Assembly (NCBI GenBank): GCA_042217585.1
Contig: JBDGSJ010000013.1
Location: 1-53,040 of the forward strand
Length of the DNA stretch: 53,040 nucleotides
Reading direction: 5' to 3'
Source of the DNA: Candidatus Nanohaloarchaea archaeon
Lineage (GTDB): Archaea > Nanohalarchaeota > Nanosalinia > Nanosalinales > Nanosalinaceae
Of this stretch, positions 44,409-53,040 are shown in pieces (positions within the stretch are counted from its first letter, which is position 1; every line of letters starts with the position of its first letter). A model generated the notes under the pieces. It ran no database searches, had not been told where the DNA came from, and saw nothing but the letters and a program-made list of their open reading frames with translations. The position numbers and the translations under genes are program-made.

Positions 44409-46891
44409 TTCTGCCACCTCAGTTCGATCCTGTAGGGCATGAAGACGTTCTTGTCCAGCGCGCCGAAGATCTTCGTGGACGAGACCTGCTGGGCTCCGGT
44501 GTAACCGCTTTCGAAACCGTACTGCTGTCCTGAAAGCCAGTAGATCAGTGAGGATACGAGCCGCCGGTCCGCGGGCTCGTAGGGATTCTCGTATGAAACT
44601 CTTGCCAGCCTCTCTCCCTGAAAGCCCCTGAAACTGGTCCTGTAGTTCACCACCTCGACCCTCTCCGAACCGTTGTAACCCAGATCGATGCAGCCTCCGT
44701 TACAGCTACCGGTTATGTAGATGTTGACGTTGTACCTCTTACCCCTCACGACCAGCCTGTCGCCGTTCAGCTTCGTCTCCTGGTCCTGAAGAGATCCATC
44801 ACCGTCTGTATCGACCTTTATCCCCCAGACATCCCTGAAGCAGTTACCGAGGTGGGCCGAAAGTATGTAGACGCCGGTGGACCTGCCATCCGCCGGGAAG
44901 TCGATTACTCCCTCCTTGTACTCGTTGCACTCACTGGGCGGAGCTCCCGGAGGAGGGTTCGAGGTCCATGAGAGACCCATGTTGGTGGCGTTCCACTGAT
45001 CCAGCCTGTAGCGCTGGAGAGGCGTGTAGGCGATCACGTTTCGCGAATGGAAGAACCTTGACATGTTGGATGACACCTTCCCCGCCGGGACCAGACTCAG
45101 GTTCCTGTAACTGTAACCCTGACCCACGGTGTAGGTGTTCACCTGGTCCGAGGCCTCCAGGCTCGAGTAACTTATACCGGGCATCGGGAAATCCCTCGTC
45201 ACATCGTAGAAGGTACCCTGACCGCCATCAGAGGATCCGGAGCCGCCTGAACGCGTCACTGAGATCGAGCCCAGTCCACCGGACCTCCTGACCATCAGGA
45301 CCCTGCCGCCGGCTCCCCCACCGCCCGGAGTCCCGGAGGGATTCAGGGAGTCGCCGCCGTTCACCGAGACAAGACCGGAACCCGACAACGTATCCGCCTG
45401 TAGCCTGACGCTACCGCCTGATCCTCCGCCGGACCCCGAGTTGCCGTCTCCACCCCTCGCTACTATCTCCCCGTCCAGGACCATCTCCTGGTTTGTGGTT
45501 ATCCAGACGCTTCCACCACCGCGTCCTCCCTCGGGTCCTCCCCCCGCTGAACCTACTCTCCTGGAACGGGAGGGCTGTCCGTAGGACGGTCCTCCGCCCG
45601 CGCCTCCACCGACTCCTCCGTAACCGGCTCCGCCATCCGGGTCACCGCCTGCGCCGGGACCTCCATACCTGAAGCCCTGCATCGAGGCGTTTATGGTTCC
45701 GTAGACCTCCAGCCTGTTCTCCACGAACACCTGAGGTGCGTACTTGCTGTATGGTACTGATGAGCATCCCACGCCGCCCTGAGAGCTGTCACATCTCCTC
45801 AGGTTGTTCTTGACGCGGATCTCGGCACCGGAGGTGACAGTCAGGCTGTCGTAGTGGTACGTACCGGGACCCAGCGTGCAGTCAGAGCTTATGACCACGT
45901 CTCCCCGGGTGGGGCAGGTTGTGTTCGGAGACGATGTGGAGAAATTCAGGTTCGACCACTCCAGACCTGTCTGGGGTATGAACCCCGAGCTGAAGTCCGA
46001 CTTCTGCAGATCCATGGCCAGGAGGACCGAGGTATTCCTCATCAGGTCCTTCAGCTCTCCGCTGTTGGCGTTTATCTCAGGTAAAGACGAGTCCTCCCGG
46101 AACACCATCACGTCCATCGTGCCCAGGCCATCCGTCGAGAAGTTGAATGTCCTGTAGTTCACCTCCGTCCTTATACCGTTCAACCTCTGGTCCGTCACCT
46201 CCTTCATCCTGAGGACCTGGTCCGCCCTGTGGAAGATACCTCTGCTCCTGTTCTCCTTGTAACTGTAGTGGTTCTCGGGGGCCGGGGTGGTGGCATCTCC
46301 CCACATGAAGAACTCCCCGATGTCGAAGGGGCCTTCCACGTTATCGAACTGGCAGGAGGTCCCGTTGTCCACCCAGAGACGGTCCAGGTCCATCCTCTGG
46401 TTATCGGTCAGAGCATCGGTGTCCGACAGGTAAAGTGTAACGCCGTGCCGGGCAGTCAGCCCTCCATCGGTCCTGTAGACCGGTCCCTCGTCCGCCTCAC
46501 GGGACACAGCATCGTCCGCGAGGTCCCCGTAGCAGGTGTCTCCGGGCTGGACCGGCCTGAGGTTCTCGTAGTATAGTCTTTTGCTGGAGGTGTAGAATCC
46601 CACCTCAGTATCTCTTATCGGAAGGTTGTACACAGTCCCGGAAATCTCCATATCCGTATCCGAGACCGTCCTCACTGTTGCCTTGAGGGACTGGAGGTCT
46701 GAGTTCTTGAGGAACCGGTTCAGATGTCCTGTTTTTTGAAGGACGTATCCGAGGTCGCTGGAGGCTATCTGGTTCTGGTAGTTCCCCCATTCCTCTCCGG
46801 CGGCCACGTCGAATCCTCCGATCCCGAAGACCAGTATGATGAATATCACGATTATGGTCTCGATGGCGTAGGCCACACCCTTCCTCTTCAC
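44405..46891 (-). CDS. Large pilin-like protein (about 828 aa) with glycine-rich domain; candidate pilus adhesin
   Basis: GTG start overlapping upstream TGA; MKRKG|VAYAIETIIVIFII; Gly-rich repeats at about 45200-45920. Confidence 0.75.
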   Translation of the reverse strand: MKRKGVAYAIETIIVIFIILVFGIGGFDVAAGEEWGNYQNQIASSDLGYVLQKTGHLNRFLKNSDLQSLKATVRTVSDTDMEISGTVYNLPIRDTEVGFYTSSKRLYYENLRPVQPGDTCYGDLADDAVSREADEGPVYRTDGGLTARHGVTLYLSDTDALTDNQRMDLDRLWVDNGTSCQFDNVEGPFDIGEFFMWGDATTPAPENHYSYKENRSRGIFHRADQVLRMKEVTDQRLNGIRTEVNYRTFNFSTDGLGTMDVMVFREDSSLPEINANSGELKDLMRNTSVLLAMDLQKSDFSSGFIPQTGLEWSNLNFSTSSPNTTCPTRGDVVISSDCTLGPGTYHYDSLTVTSGAEIRVKNNLRRCDSSQGGVGCSSVPYSKYAPQVFVENRLEVYGTINASMQGFRYGGPGAGGDPDGGAGYGGVGGGAGGGPSYGQPSRSRRVGSAGGGPEGGRGGGSVWITTNQEMVLDGEIVARGGDGNSGSGGGSGGSVRLQADTLSGSGLVSVNGGDSLNPSGTPGGGGAGGRVLMVRRSGGLGSISVTRSGGSGSSDGGQGTFYDVTRDFPMPGISYSSLEASDQVNTYTVGQGYSYRNLSLVPAGKVSSNMSRFFHSRNVIAYTPLQRYRLDQWNATNMGLSWTSNPPPGAPPSECNEYKEGVIDFPADGRSTGVYILSAHLGNCFRDVWGIKVDTDGDGSLQDQETKLNGDRLVVRGKRYNVNIYITGSCNGGCIDLGYNGSERVEVVNYRTSFRGFQGERLARVSYENPYEPADRRLVSSLIYWLSGQQYGFESGYTGAQQVSSTKIFGALDKNVFMPYRIELRWQK

Positions 46892-47751
46892 CAGACCAGC
46901 ACCTCCACCTTCATGGGCTGTAGCTCCGATGTGGGGTGATCGTAGGCCGCATACCGGTTTATCTTCTCCACCGTGGACCCGGGGTTCTCCTGACGAGTTC
47001 CCCCGAACCGCTTCACTTCCCTCTTGAGCACGAACGACCGGCCCCACTGGTCTATGCTTCCCCTGTTCATGATGTTCTCTATCACGAACTCGCGGCCGAG
47101 GTTGATGCTGTCACCGGTGGAATGCGGATTGGTCCCCGAGAAATCCCAGTCAGCCGAGTAGAATATCTCGTCATAGCCTTCGTCGTGCCGGACCACAAGG
47201 AACTTCCAGTCCTGTCCCAGCAGTGTTACATTGCCGTAATGGACCGTCTGCCTAGCGCTGGTGTAGGACGGATGTGAGGGCGGTACGATGGGGGGATCCG
47301 AGGGCGGCGTTCCCCTCCGGTAACTGTTGAAGGTCTCTACGACCGGATACCACGTGAATATGAACCTGTAGTTCTTGTCAGCTCCCGTGATATTGCGGAA
47401 CTCGAGGTAGCTCAGCCCTCCTCCCACGCTCTGGAGGTACCTGAGCTTCTCCGCATCGATCGTCTTGAAACCGGAGGCAAGACCAAACCCGTCGATGTTC
47501 GCCCTGGTGTTCGCCGTGCTCTCCCAGTCCGTCCCTCCGGAACCGTAATCGTGGTGACCGGGACTGGTTATCGCCTGGTAGGATATCCTGACAGCCTCCA
47601 GGTTCTCCGACAGGTCGGCCATCCTCTTCTCGTAAGCGTCCACGTCCGGCGCTGCGGTGACCACTACACCTGCGATGGCCAGGAAGTAGACTATGGCCGC
47701 GAAGAGGAACTCCAGGTTCATCTGGCCTTTCCTCATCCTCTGGCCTCTCAT
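46888..47751 (-). CDS. Pilin-like protein (class III signal peptide)
   Basis: RKG|QMNLEFLFAAIVYFL (Q+1, E+5). Confidence 0.8.
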   Translation of the reverse strand: MRGQRMRKGQMNLEFLFAAIVYFLAIAGVVVTAAPDVDAYEKRMADLSENLEAVRISYQAITSPGHHDYGSGGTDWESTANTRANIDGFGLASGFKTIDAEKLRYLQSVGGGLSYLEFRNITGADKNYRFIFTWYPVVETFNSYRRGTPPSDPPIVPPSHPSYTSARQTVHYGNVTLLGQDWKFLVVRHDEGYDEIFYSADWDFSGTNPHSTGDSINLGREFVIENIMNRGSIDQWGRSFVLKREVKRFGGTRQENPGSTVEKINRYAAYDHPTSELQPMKVEVLVW

Positions 47752-47753
47752 TG

Positions 47754-48770
47754 CTAAAACCCCATAGTCCTCACGAATATCATGAAAACCACGAACGCGA
47801 CCGGAAGCATCACCAGTGCGTGCTTCACTCCTGCGCTCGGTTTACCCCGGGTTATCTGTCCCGCGACCGCGGCGGTGCTGGCCCCCTGGACCATAAGCAT
47901 AGTGAACAGCAGGCCCTTGTAGTACGCCATCTTTCCCCATCTCTGGATGGTCCTCATGTCTGCGTCAGCCGGGATGAACCCGAACACCTTTGATACAGTG
48001 CAGAACGGCTCGGCCGCCGGATAGGCGCCCGAACAGTAGTTGATGTCGGCCGCCCCGCCGGTGGTTCCAACGTCCAGCTGGGAGAGAGCGCCGGGACCCT
48101 GACTTCCCAGGCCCAGCAGCTGGTTGAGAAGGATGTACATGACCACGCTGATCCCTATGAACAGCAGGAAAATGACGTACATGATCATCAGCTGCTGCTT
48201 CAGCTGTGAATCCTTCTCGTCCATGACCTCTTTCAGCTCGGCGGCATCGTCCGCCACCGCCTGTATCGTATTTGTTATACTGCCGCCGCTCTGGAAGCTC
48301 TGGATTATGATCGAAACGTTTTCCTGTATCAGGGACGAATCCTCCATCCTCTTCGAGAAACGCTCCATGACCTCGGGGAACGGTATACCCCATGTCAGCT
48401 CGTTATGTATCTTCTCGATCTCCTGGTTCAATCTCCCGTAATCGGTCTCCCTCGCGGATTCAAACGCCTTGATTATCGTCATGCCTCCACGGGTGGACTC
48501 CGCCAGGTCGTTCAGAAAAGAGGGGAACTGCTCCTCCATCTCGGTTATGGCCCTGTTCTTCAGGAAGGACATCAGCGCGTACGGAAGTATACCCGCCACC
48601 AGACCAAGGATTATCAGCATCCCGCCGATCTGGGTCGCACCGAAAACGTTCAGCAGTATGATGCCGGGCAACAGGAAGGCACCTCCCAGTCCCAGAGAGA
48701 GGAACAGGACCTTGTCCTCCAGTGTGTAACCCTGCACCAGCTCCTCCTCCTTGAAGAAGTCGATATTCAT
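47754..48770 (-). CDS. Type II secretion system F / PilC (TadC-like) membrane platform protein
   Basis: EEQFP.FL.DLAES...GM, YG.L..EI, WG.PF, multiple TM. Confidence 0.9.
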   Translation of the reverse strand: MNIDFFKEEELVQGYTLEDKVLFLSLGLGGAFLLPGIILLNVFGATQIGGMLIILGLVAGILPYALMSFLKNRAITEMEEQFPSFLNDLAESTRGGMTIIKAFESARETDYGRLNQEIEKIHNELTWGIPFPEVMERFSKRMEDSSLIQENVSIIIQSFQSGGSITNTIQAVADDAAELKEVMDEKDSQLKQQLMIMYVIFLLFIGISVVMYILLNQLLGLGSQGPGALSQLDVGTTGGAADINYCSGAYPAAEPFCTVSKVFGFIPADADMRTIQRWGKMAYYKGLLFTMLMVQGASTAAVAGQITRGKPSAGVKHALVMLPVAFVVFMIFVRTMGF

Positions 48771-49648
48771 CGGATACCACCCGGCGAAGCTCCTTCGACC
48801 ATTATCACGAACATCCCTGAGATAAGCGGGAGACCTATGAATATAAAGACAGCCTGTATCACGACGATGACGCTCGTCGGAAGAGCCTCCTGTGAAACGA
48901 AAGTACTTATGACCGCGCTCAGGGACGTGAAGATTATAGAACCTACAATCACCAGGACGATGTACATCTCGACCATCAGCGAGAGCGTGTCCGCGAACTC
49001 CTCGACCCTCCGGCGGTAATCGTTCATCAGGCGACCGGACCTCTGCCTGAGGAAGTCACGGAGCGAACCACCTGTGGTCAGGACGTGATTCATACCCCAC
49101 ATCAGTTCCTCGAAGTCCTCACTCGGGGTCCGCTCGGCCGCACGCCTCAGCGCCTCCGTGATGTCCATGCCGAAGGTATCCAGGTCCCTGGCGATCTTCT
49201 CCGCTTCCTTGGAGACCTCCCCGTACTCCTCCACATCGGCGAGGTTCTTGAATATCTCAGGAAGCGAGTTACCCGTACCCGCCAGTGTCGACAGATACAT
49301 TGTCGCGAACGGCATCGTGTCACGTATCTTCGCGGACCTGTTGTTCACGAGAAGGCTGGGAGCTATATAGAAACCGACAAAGGTTCCCACGGACGCTATG
49401 ATGCCTATAACCAGTCCCAGCACCAGGCCTGCCACCCCCATGCTCAGCGCCATCACCAGGCCCGCGAGCAGGGTCGAAAACAGGAACGCCGCCAGCGTAC
49501 TGAATATCATCATCGAAACGTACTCAGGCAGCGAAACACCGAGACCGGCCTTCTTGATCTGCGGCCTCAGCCCCTCGAACGAGTCAAGGACCTCCAGTGC
49601 ATAGGGACCGACCTGGTCAAACGAGAACTGGGCGTATTCATCAATCAT
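48767..49648 (-). CDS. Type II secretion system F / PilC (TadB/C-like) membrane platform protein
   Basis: PFA.MYLSTLA.TG, YGEVS.E, G.DI..AL...A.RTPS. Confidence 0.9.
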   Translation of the reverse strand: MIDEYAQFSFDQVGPYALEVLDSFEGLRPQIKKAGLGVSLPEYVSMMIFSTLAAFLFSTLLAGLVMALSMGVAGLVLGLVIGIIASVGTFVGFYIAPSLLVNNRSAKIRDTMPFATMYLSTLAGTGNSLPEIFKNLADVEEYGEVSKEAEKIARDLDTFGMDITEALRRAAERTPSEDFEELMWGMNHVLTTGGSLRDFLRQRSGRLMNDYRRRVEEFADTLSLMVEMYIVLVIVGSIIFTSLSAVISTFVSQEALPTSVIVVIQAVFIFIGLPLISGMFVIMVEGASPGGIR

Positions 49649-51341
49649 CCTTAATCTCTATTTCGTCACCTTCTGAATTAAATGTTTGGCTGGCCTTCTC
49701 CAGCACCGATTCGGGATCCGAGTAGTACCTGCTTATGAGCTCACCGACGTCACGGTAATGCTTGATCTGCTCCTCCTGCATGTAGTTCAGGACCATCTGC
49801 CTGTTCCTGAGCTCCTGCTTGATCTGCTCGTAGTCCATACCGCTCTGGTCCGCGATATCCTTCAGCAGGAAGGAGTTGTTCTCCACCACGTACTCGTCGG
49901 TCTGAGGGTCCCAGCCGAAGACCTTGTTCGCGTCAAGACCCGTGGTCTCGTCGTAGCCCTCGACCTCGTATATACCGTTGATACGCCTGATGTATGTGTC
50001 ACCACGCCTTATCCTCGATATAAGCATGATGCCGTCCAGCGTCTCGATGAGGCTTGGAGAGAGGTCGATCGGATCGGTAGTCAGGCGGTCCATAAGCATG
50101 TCAAGTGAGTCGGCGTGCAGCGTGGACATACCTGTGTGGCCCGTTGCCATCTGCTGGAACAGGATGTAAGCCTCTGCACCACGGACCTCACCGACGATGA
50201 TGTACTCCGGGCGCTGGCGGAGCGACTCCTTCAGCAGGTGGTCCATGGTTACCTCGCCGGACTCCTCGGCGCTGCTGCCGAACCCTGAACGGGAAACCTC
50301 GGGCACCCAGTGCTCGTGGGGAAGCCGGAGCTCCGGCGTGTCCTCGATAGAAACGATCTTCTTCTCCGGACGAATGAAGAGCGACAGCGCGTTCAGCTGA
50401 GACGTCTTACCTGCTCCCGTGGTCCCGCAGACAAGGAACGATTTTTCGTGCTCAACGACGGTCCACAGGTAGCTGAGCATCTGGGCGTTCTCCGTCTCGA
50501 AGTCCATCATGTGGATCGGAGTGAGTGGGTCCTCGGTGAAACGACGTATCGTGAAGTTGGACCCTTTCCGGGCGATGTCCGTCGCCAGAGTGGCCTGGAC
50601 ACGTGAACCGTCCGGCAGCGACCCGTCAAGGAGCGGACTTGAAACCGATATGGATTTTCCGCAGCGCTGTGCCAGTTTCATGACGAACCTGTCCAGGTCC
50701 TCGTCCTCCTCCCATATCAGGTCGGTCTTGATGGAACCGAACTTCGGGTTCCTGTGGTACACGTAGACGGGTATGTTTGAACCGTCACATGATATGTCCT
50801 CTACCTCGGTGTCGTTGAGCATCGGCTGGAGCTTCCCGAGTCCGGCGAAATCCCTCTTCGTGTAGTACCTTATCTTCTCCCTCTGCTCCTCGCCAAGATT
50901 TATACCGTACTTATCAACTATGTAGTCGACCTTCTCAGCCAGGTAGTCCTCCGCTTCCTCGTTCTGCATGTCCGTGAAGTTCACGTCGAAGGACCTCTCC
51001 ATTATGTCCTTGATCTTCCCGAGAAGCCTCTCCGTTTCCTCGTCAAGTTCAGGTTCTATGACCCTGTAAACGAGTTCTCCCTCTTTCTCGCTCCATGTTA
51101 TGTGCGCCCAGGCGTAGACCATCTCTCCCTCATCTGGATCCGCAGGCACCAGCGGATAGGTCACATCCACCTCGGTCATCTTTTCCTCGTCTTCGTCCTC
51201 TTGGACCATCTCAGGGCTGAACTCTCCGGGCGCCGGTACCTCTACACCTTCCTCTACTCCTTCCTCTTCCTCTTCTTCCTCGTACCATTCCGGATGCCTC
51301 AGTTTCCTGAGCCGGCCGATAAGTCCGTTCATGCTTCCCAT
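49641..51341 (-). CDS. Type IV pilus / type II-IV secretion ATPase (PilB/ArlI family)
   Basis: EDISCDG, LPDGSRV, FTIRRF, GTTGAGKT, IEDTPE, LRQRPEYIIVGEVRG, TGH...TLHA. Confidence 0.95.
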   Translation of the reverse strand: MGSMNGLIGRLRKLRHPEWYEEEEEEEGVEEGVEVPAPGEFSPEMVQEDEDEEKMTEVDVTYPLVPADPDEGEMVYAWAHITWSEKEGELVYRVIEPELDEETERLLGKIKDIMERSFDVNFTDMQNEEAEDYLAEKVDYIVDKYGINLGEEQREKIRYYTKRDFAGLGKLQPMLNDTEVEDISCDGSNIPVYVYHRNPKFGSIKTDLIWEEDEDLDRFVMKLAQRCGKSISVSSPLLDGSLPDGSRVQATLATDIARKGSNFTIRRFTEDPLTPIHMMDFETENAQMLSYLWTVVEHEKSFLVCGTTGAGKTSQLNALSLFIRPEKKIVSIEDTPELRLPHEHWVPEVSRSGFGSSAEESGEVTMDHLLKESLRQRPEYIIVGEVRGAEAYILFQQMATGHTGMSTLHADSLDMLMDRLTTDPIDLSPSLIETLDGIMLISRIRRGDTYIRRINGIYEVEGYDETTGLDANKVFGWDPQTDEYVVENNSFLLKDIADQSGMDYEQIKQELRNRQMVLNYMQEEQIKHYRDVGELISRYYSDPESVLEKASQTFNSEGDEIEIKDD

Positions 51342-51775
51342 CAGTCAACACTTATCATGTATTGATTACCTTGTTTTCGGATCTGGACGGTCGAAGTGGA
51401 GTCCCCGGTACCCCGGATCTCCACGCTACCCTCGAACACCGCGCCCTGACTGACTTCCTCAAGGGGCACCACGTAGGTGTCACTGTCGACCCTTATCTTT
51501 AGCTTATCATTCTCAATTAAAAGTTGATAGGCCGAACCCCCCAAGGAGGACGGCAGGTTCACCCTTTTCGTGCCCGAACCCTGGTCGATCATCTCAAGAG
51601 TATATATCGCTTTCACCACCTTCGCCTCCACAGCCTTCACCTCGCTCGCCTCGGAGTTCTCCGTTATATCATTCCGGGCGTAGTTAAAGACCGATATCGT
51701 GGCGGTAGCTATAAGGAGGCCTATAGAAAAGGCTGCAACAGTTTCAACCGCCAGGTACTGGCCTTTTCTGGACAT
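51341..51775 (-). CDS. Pilin-like protein (class III signal peptide)
   Basis: MSRKG|QYLAVETVAAFSIGLLI; LP..LGG..Y motif. Confidence 0.8.
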   Translation of the reverse strand: MSRKGQYLAVETVAAFSIGLLIATATISVFNYARNDITENSEASEVKAVEAKVVKAIYTLEMIDQGSGTKRVNLPSSLGGSAYQLLIENDKLKIRVDSDTYVVPLEEVSQGAVFEGSVEIRGTGDSTSTVQIRKQGNQYMISVD

Positions 51776-51781
51776 AGGAAG

Positions 51782-52462
51782 TCATCTCATTACAACTCGT
51801 ATCACAGTTCTCCTTCTCTCGTATCTCTGTCCGTCACTCGTCACTACGGCATCGTTACCGGTATCCATCTCCGTCCCCTGATTGGAGAACCTCAGAGTTG
51901 TAGGACCCGCGCTCTCCGTGGCGCCGGTGGCAACCAAGTCCACCCTCTCCAGTATTTTTCCTTGAGCGGATGCGGTCTCTCTCAGGAGATTCCTGAACTC
52001 TATCCTGTAAGTCACGACCTGGGAAGAAGTCCCTGCCGGTTTCGCTATCACCACGCCGGGCTGATCCCTGCTTCCCTGAGCGTAATCTCCGCTGAAAACA
52101 GATACGTTCTGCATGCTCCTGCCGCTCACAGGGCTCCATATATTCGCAGGGTAGGGTATATCGCTGGTGGCCTCTATCTCCACATCAATATAGTCCAGAG
52201 TTTCATTTATCTCCACGGAACGGACCTGCGCACCGATGTTCTGGAAACTGACCGTCGCACTGCCCGTCTCACCCTGCCCACCGTCCCGGACATCCACTAT
52301 CGTGTTGTAGACGCCGACAGCGCTCTGTTCAAAAGTATCAACATTTGCCTGACTCTGTCTCTTTTCGAGCAGGGGCACACCCCAGACATAAACTGATGCC
52401 ACGGACACCGCCATGACCCCCGCCAGCATGACATATACTACAGGTTGGTTCTGACCCTTCAT
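51782..52462 (-). CDS. Pilin-like protein (class III signal peptide)
   Basis: MKG|QNQPVVYVMLAGV...YVWGVPLLEK. Confidence 0.8.
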   Translation of the reverse strand: MKGQNQPVVYVMLAGVMAVSVASVYVWGVPLLEKRQSQANVDTFEQSAVGVYNTIVDVRDGGQGETGSATVSFQNIGAQVRSVEINETLDYIDVEIEATSDIPYPANIWSPVSGRSMQNVSVFSGDYAQGSRDQPGVVIAKPAGTSSQVVTYRIEFRNLLRETASAQGKILERVDLVATGATESAGPTTLRFSNQGTEMDTGNDAVVTSDGQRYERRRTVIRVVMR

Positions 52463-52512
52463 AACTACCTTTCTGTTAATCTATTCAGTTCGGCGTAATA
52501 TAAAGAATGGTG

Positions 52513-52541
52513 TCGGGCAGCGACCCGAAAAAGAAAAAAGA
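52513..52541 (-). terminator. Oligo-T terminator with adjacent short hairpin
   Basis: Minus strand CTTTTTTCTTTT followed by TCGGG-tcgctg-CCCGA just after the stop at 52550. Confidence 0.5.
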
Positions 52542-52549
52542 GGGGTTGA

Positions 52550-53040
52550 TCAGCAACCGACTGTGTTTGCTGTCTCCGGTTTACAGGTCTCTCTTGCCAG
52601 GACGTTACCGCTCCCTCTCTTAGTTATGACTAGATCCACTCTTCTGGTGGCGTTCGGGAACTCAAGTCCTGTATTGCAGTCGTACTTCTCGCCCGGTGAT
52701 ATGAGTTCGGACTTACCGTTGGCCAGGAACTGGTCGTAGAAACACATGTTGCCGTAGAGGTTTCCTCCCGGGCCTGCCGAACCGTAAAGTCTCGGAGTGG
52801 TAGAGCTTGAGATGGTCGCAGTCAGACCTACAGGACCTCCGGTTCCTCCGGGAACGAATCTCAAGGTAAAGGCAGATGTGTTCCACGTCTCCGAACCAGT
52901 GTTCCTTACGACAAGAGAAAGATTGTCCTGGTCGTTGTAGGCAGAGGTCACTGTCAGACCTACCGTGTTTGCCTGGGTGTCAGTGTTACTGATCATGTTC
53001 TGGATCTGCGGGTAAAGAAGTCCAACCGCCGCAACGGTTA
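52550..53040 (-). CDS. Archaeal type IV pilin (5'-truncated by window edge)
   Basis: Frame open to the window end with ..TVAAVGLLYPQIQNM hydrophobic N-terminal helix; VRNTGS and ISPGE motifs. Confidence 0.75.
   Translation of the reverse strand, partial: TVAAVGLLYPQIQNMISNTDTQANTVGLTVTSAYNDQDNLSLVVRNTGSETWNTSAFTLRFVPGGTGGPVGLTATISSSTTPRLYGSAGPGGNLYGNMCFYDQFLANGKSELISPGEKYDCNTGLEFPNATRRVDLVITKRGSGNVLARETCKPETANTVGC

Noticed and set aside
49641..51341. ATPase as archaellum motor ArlI or conjugative VirB11
   Set aside because: No arlH/F/G or virB4 in the window; two PilC-like genes and KG|Q pilins fit a type IV pilus better.
51524..52396. 290-aa plus-strand ORF in the pilus locus
   Set aside because: Antisense to two pilin-like genes that have clear class III signal peptides.

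Overview
53 kb of a gene-dense, high-GC archaeal chromosome with acidic cytoplasmic proteins. The compact layout, archaeal housekeeping genes and ORFans suggest a halophilic DPANN archaeon (Nanohaloarchaeota-like); this assignment is inference. Housekeeping genes include metG, valS, aRF1, dcd, archaeal SAM synthetase, MPG glycosylase, TatD, Lhr helicase, a ThiF/E1-like enzyme, MscS, thioredoxin, AK6-type kinase and both RFC subunits. Surface and possible host-interaction genes include a 1763-aa membrane-anchored subtilase, a secreted gluzincin, a CAP protein, two VWA proteins, and a type IV pilus locus with an ATPase, two PilC/TadC-like proteins and six pilin-like proteins, one with a glycine-rich domain. 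The most striking feature is a 498-aa, low-GC intein with an XRE-type HTH and a LAGLIDADG homing endonuclease, inserted exactly between the catalytic GGQ and the following Ser of release factor aRF1. Also notable are a 4-Cys/helix/TM/helix C-terminal module shared by two adjacent surface proteins, a membrane-anchored ArsR regulator with a perfect palindrome in its divergent promoter, a tandem pair of stand-alone V4R proteins, and a possible ATC start for metG. No rRNA, tRNA, CRISPR array or transposase was recognised by eye.
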